Part shown: positions 63,392-64,000 of the stretch, one piece after another
Layout of the letters: each line of letters starts with the position of its first letter
How positions within the stretch are numbered: the first letter of the stretch is position 1
Virus record (IMG/VR): IMGVR_UViG_3300026257_000002
Location: 1 to 64,000 of that record
DNA from: a virus
DNA length: 64,000 nucleotides
Strand: one strand, 5' to 3'
Program-made: the position numbers and the translations under genes
Notes under the pieces: model-generated
Database searches by the model: none
What the model was told of the DNA's origin: nothing
The model's input: the letters and a program-made list of their open reading frames with translations, nothing else

Positions 63392-64000
63392 TAAAAGCTA
63401 CCAGTAAAATTGCCAAATTCGCCAAACGGATTTGCTTCCGTAAAATCAACAATGCCATCCGCTGCTGTTTCAAGTTCCCTATTTTCAGAGAAACTATCAG
63501 TCATATCGAGAGTATCAAAAGAACCTACGGTCCATCGTGCATCTGAATCTGCACCAACAATTTCTTCGTTTATGTCGAAATCGCCGTTCATATAAGCAAC
63601 TTTCAAAATCCTAGTGCTAGAATCATATTCAGCTACTTTACCAACAATGTTTCCGGGTGAAGAATCAATTGTAATAATTGGATTCCATCCGGTAATAGAC
63701 TCAATATTACCATCTCCATCGTAAGTGATATCTCCATATATGTATGATCCTGCAGGAGCATTAACAGCACTGACTACACCATCGGTGATCGCAGTTGTAG
63801 ATGAAGTAATGAATGTTCCAGTGGGAGAATACCAAAATGCATTGGGGGCAGTTTCGTATTTCTGACCAGCTGATGTGATAGTAATCGCACCAAGAACTCC
63901 ATTTGCATCAGCAACTGCGGTTGCAGCTGCATCAAATCTAGTTCCAGAAACTTTTTCATCTTCAGTGAAATGTCCACTTCCATTGAGGTTCAGTAGAATC
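63391..64000 (-). CDS. gp14: Neck protein (T4 gp14), 3' part; begins beyond the right edge
   Basis: Open frame from the window edge to TAA at 63391; C-terminal ENRELE..ADGIVDFTEANPFG; position upstream of gp15. Confidence 0.85.
   Translation of the reverse strand, partial: ILLNLNGSGHFTEDEKVSGTRFDAAATAVADANGVLGAITITSAGQKYETAPNAFWYSPTGTFITSSTTAITDGVVSAVNAPAGSYIYGDITYDGDGNIESITGWNPIITIDSSPGNIVGKVAEYDSSTRILKVAYMNGDFDINEEIVGADSDARWTVGSFDTLDMTDSFSENRELETAADGIVDFTEANPFGEFGNFTGSF

Noticed and set aside
678-63595. Numerous other short plus-strand and alternative-frame ORFs in the track (e.g. 5201-5608, 10524-10892, 26975-27376, 35055-35405, 53444-53749)
   Set aside because: They are shadows of well-supported minus-strand genes with no motifs, ribosome-binding sites or promoters

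Overview
A 64-kb segment of a T4-like marine cyanophage (cyanomyovirus, Kyanoviridae-type) genome, AT-rich and almost entirely coded on the minus strand. Read right to left it holds: the morphogenesis core (gp14 partial, gp15, 16, 17, 18, 19, 20, 21, 22, 23, gp3); the recombination/replication core (uvsY, uvsW, gp55, gp47, gp46, gp45, gp44, dam, gp62, regA, hsp20, gp43, uvsX, gp41, mazG, gp61, nrdA, nrdB); a cluster of envelope-targeted hypotheticals; a short plus-strand island (talC, thermonuclease, three secreted proteins); an RNA operon; a tail-fibre/structural island; and an auxiliary-metabolic region (purC, ho1, purM partial). The most notable unannotated element is a circularly permuted (two-piece, cyanobacterial-type) tmRNA gene inside the tRNA operon, encoding a tag (ANNIVAFSRTRELVTA*) whose C-terminus departs from the host-type ...VAA. 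Other candidates: a ROSE-like RNA thermometer in the hsp20 5' UTR, a ligase-like plus HIGH-nucleotidyltransferase gene pair, a type-1 copper domain in a fibre protein, a secreted three-gene cassette with a start-codon anomaly, back-to-back sigma70 promoters and short duplication scars at gene ends. All calls are by motif recognition and manual reading; no database searches were run, so family names are from recall and novelty is unverified.
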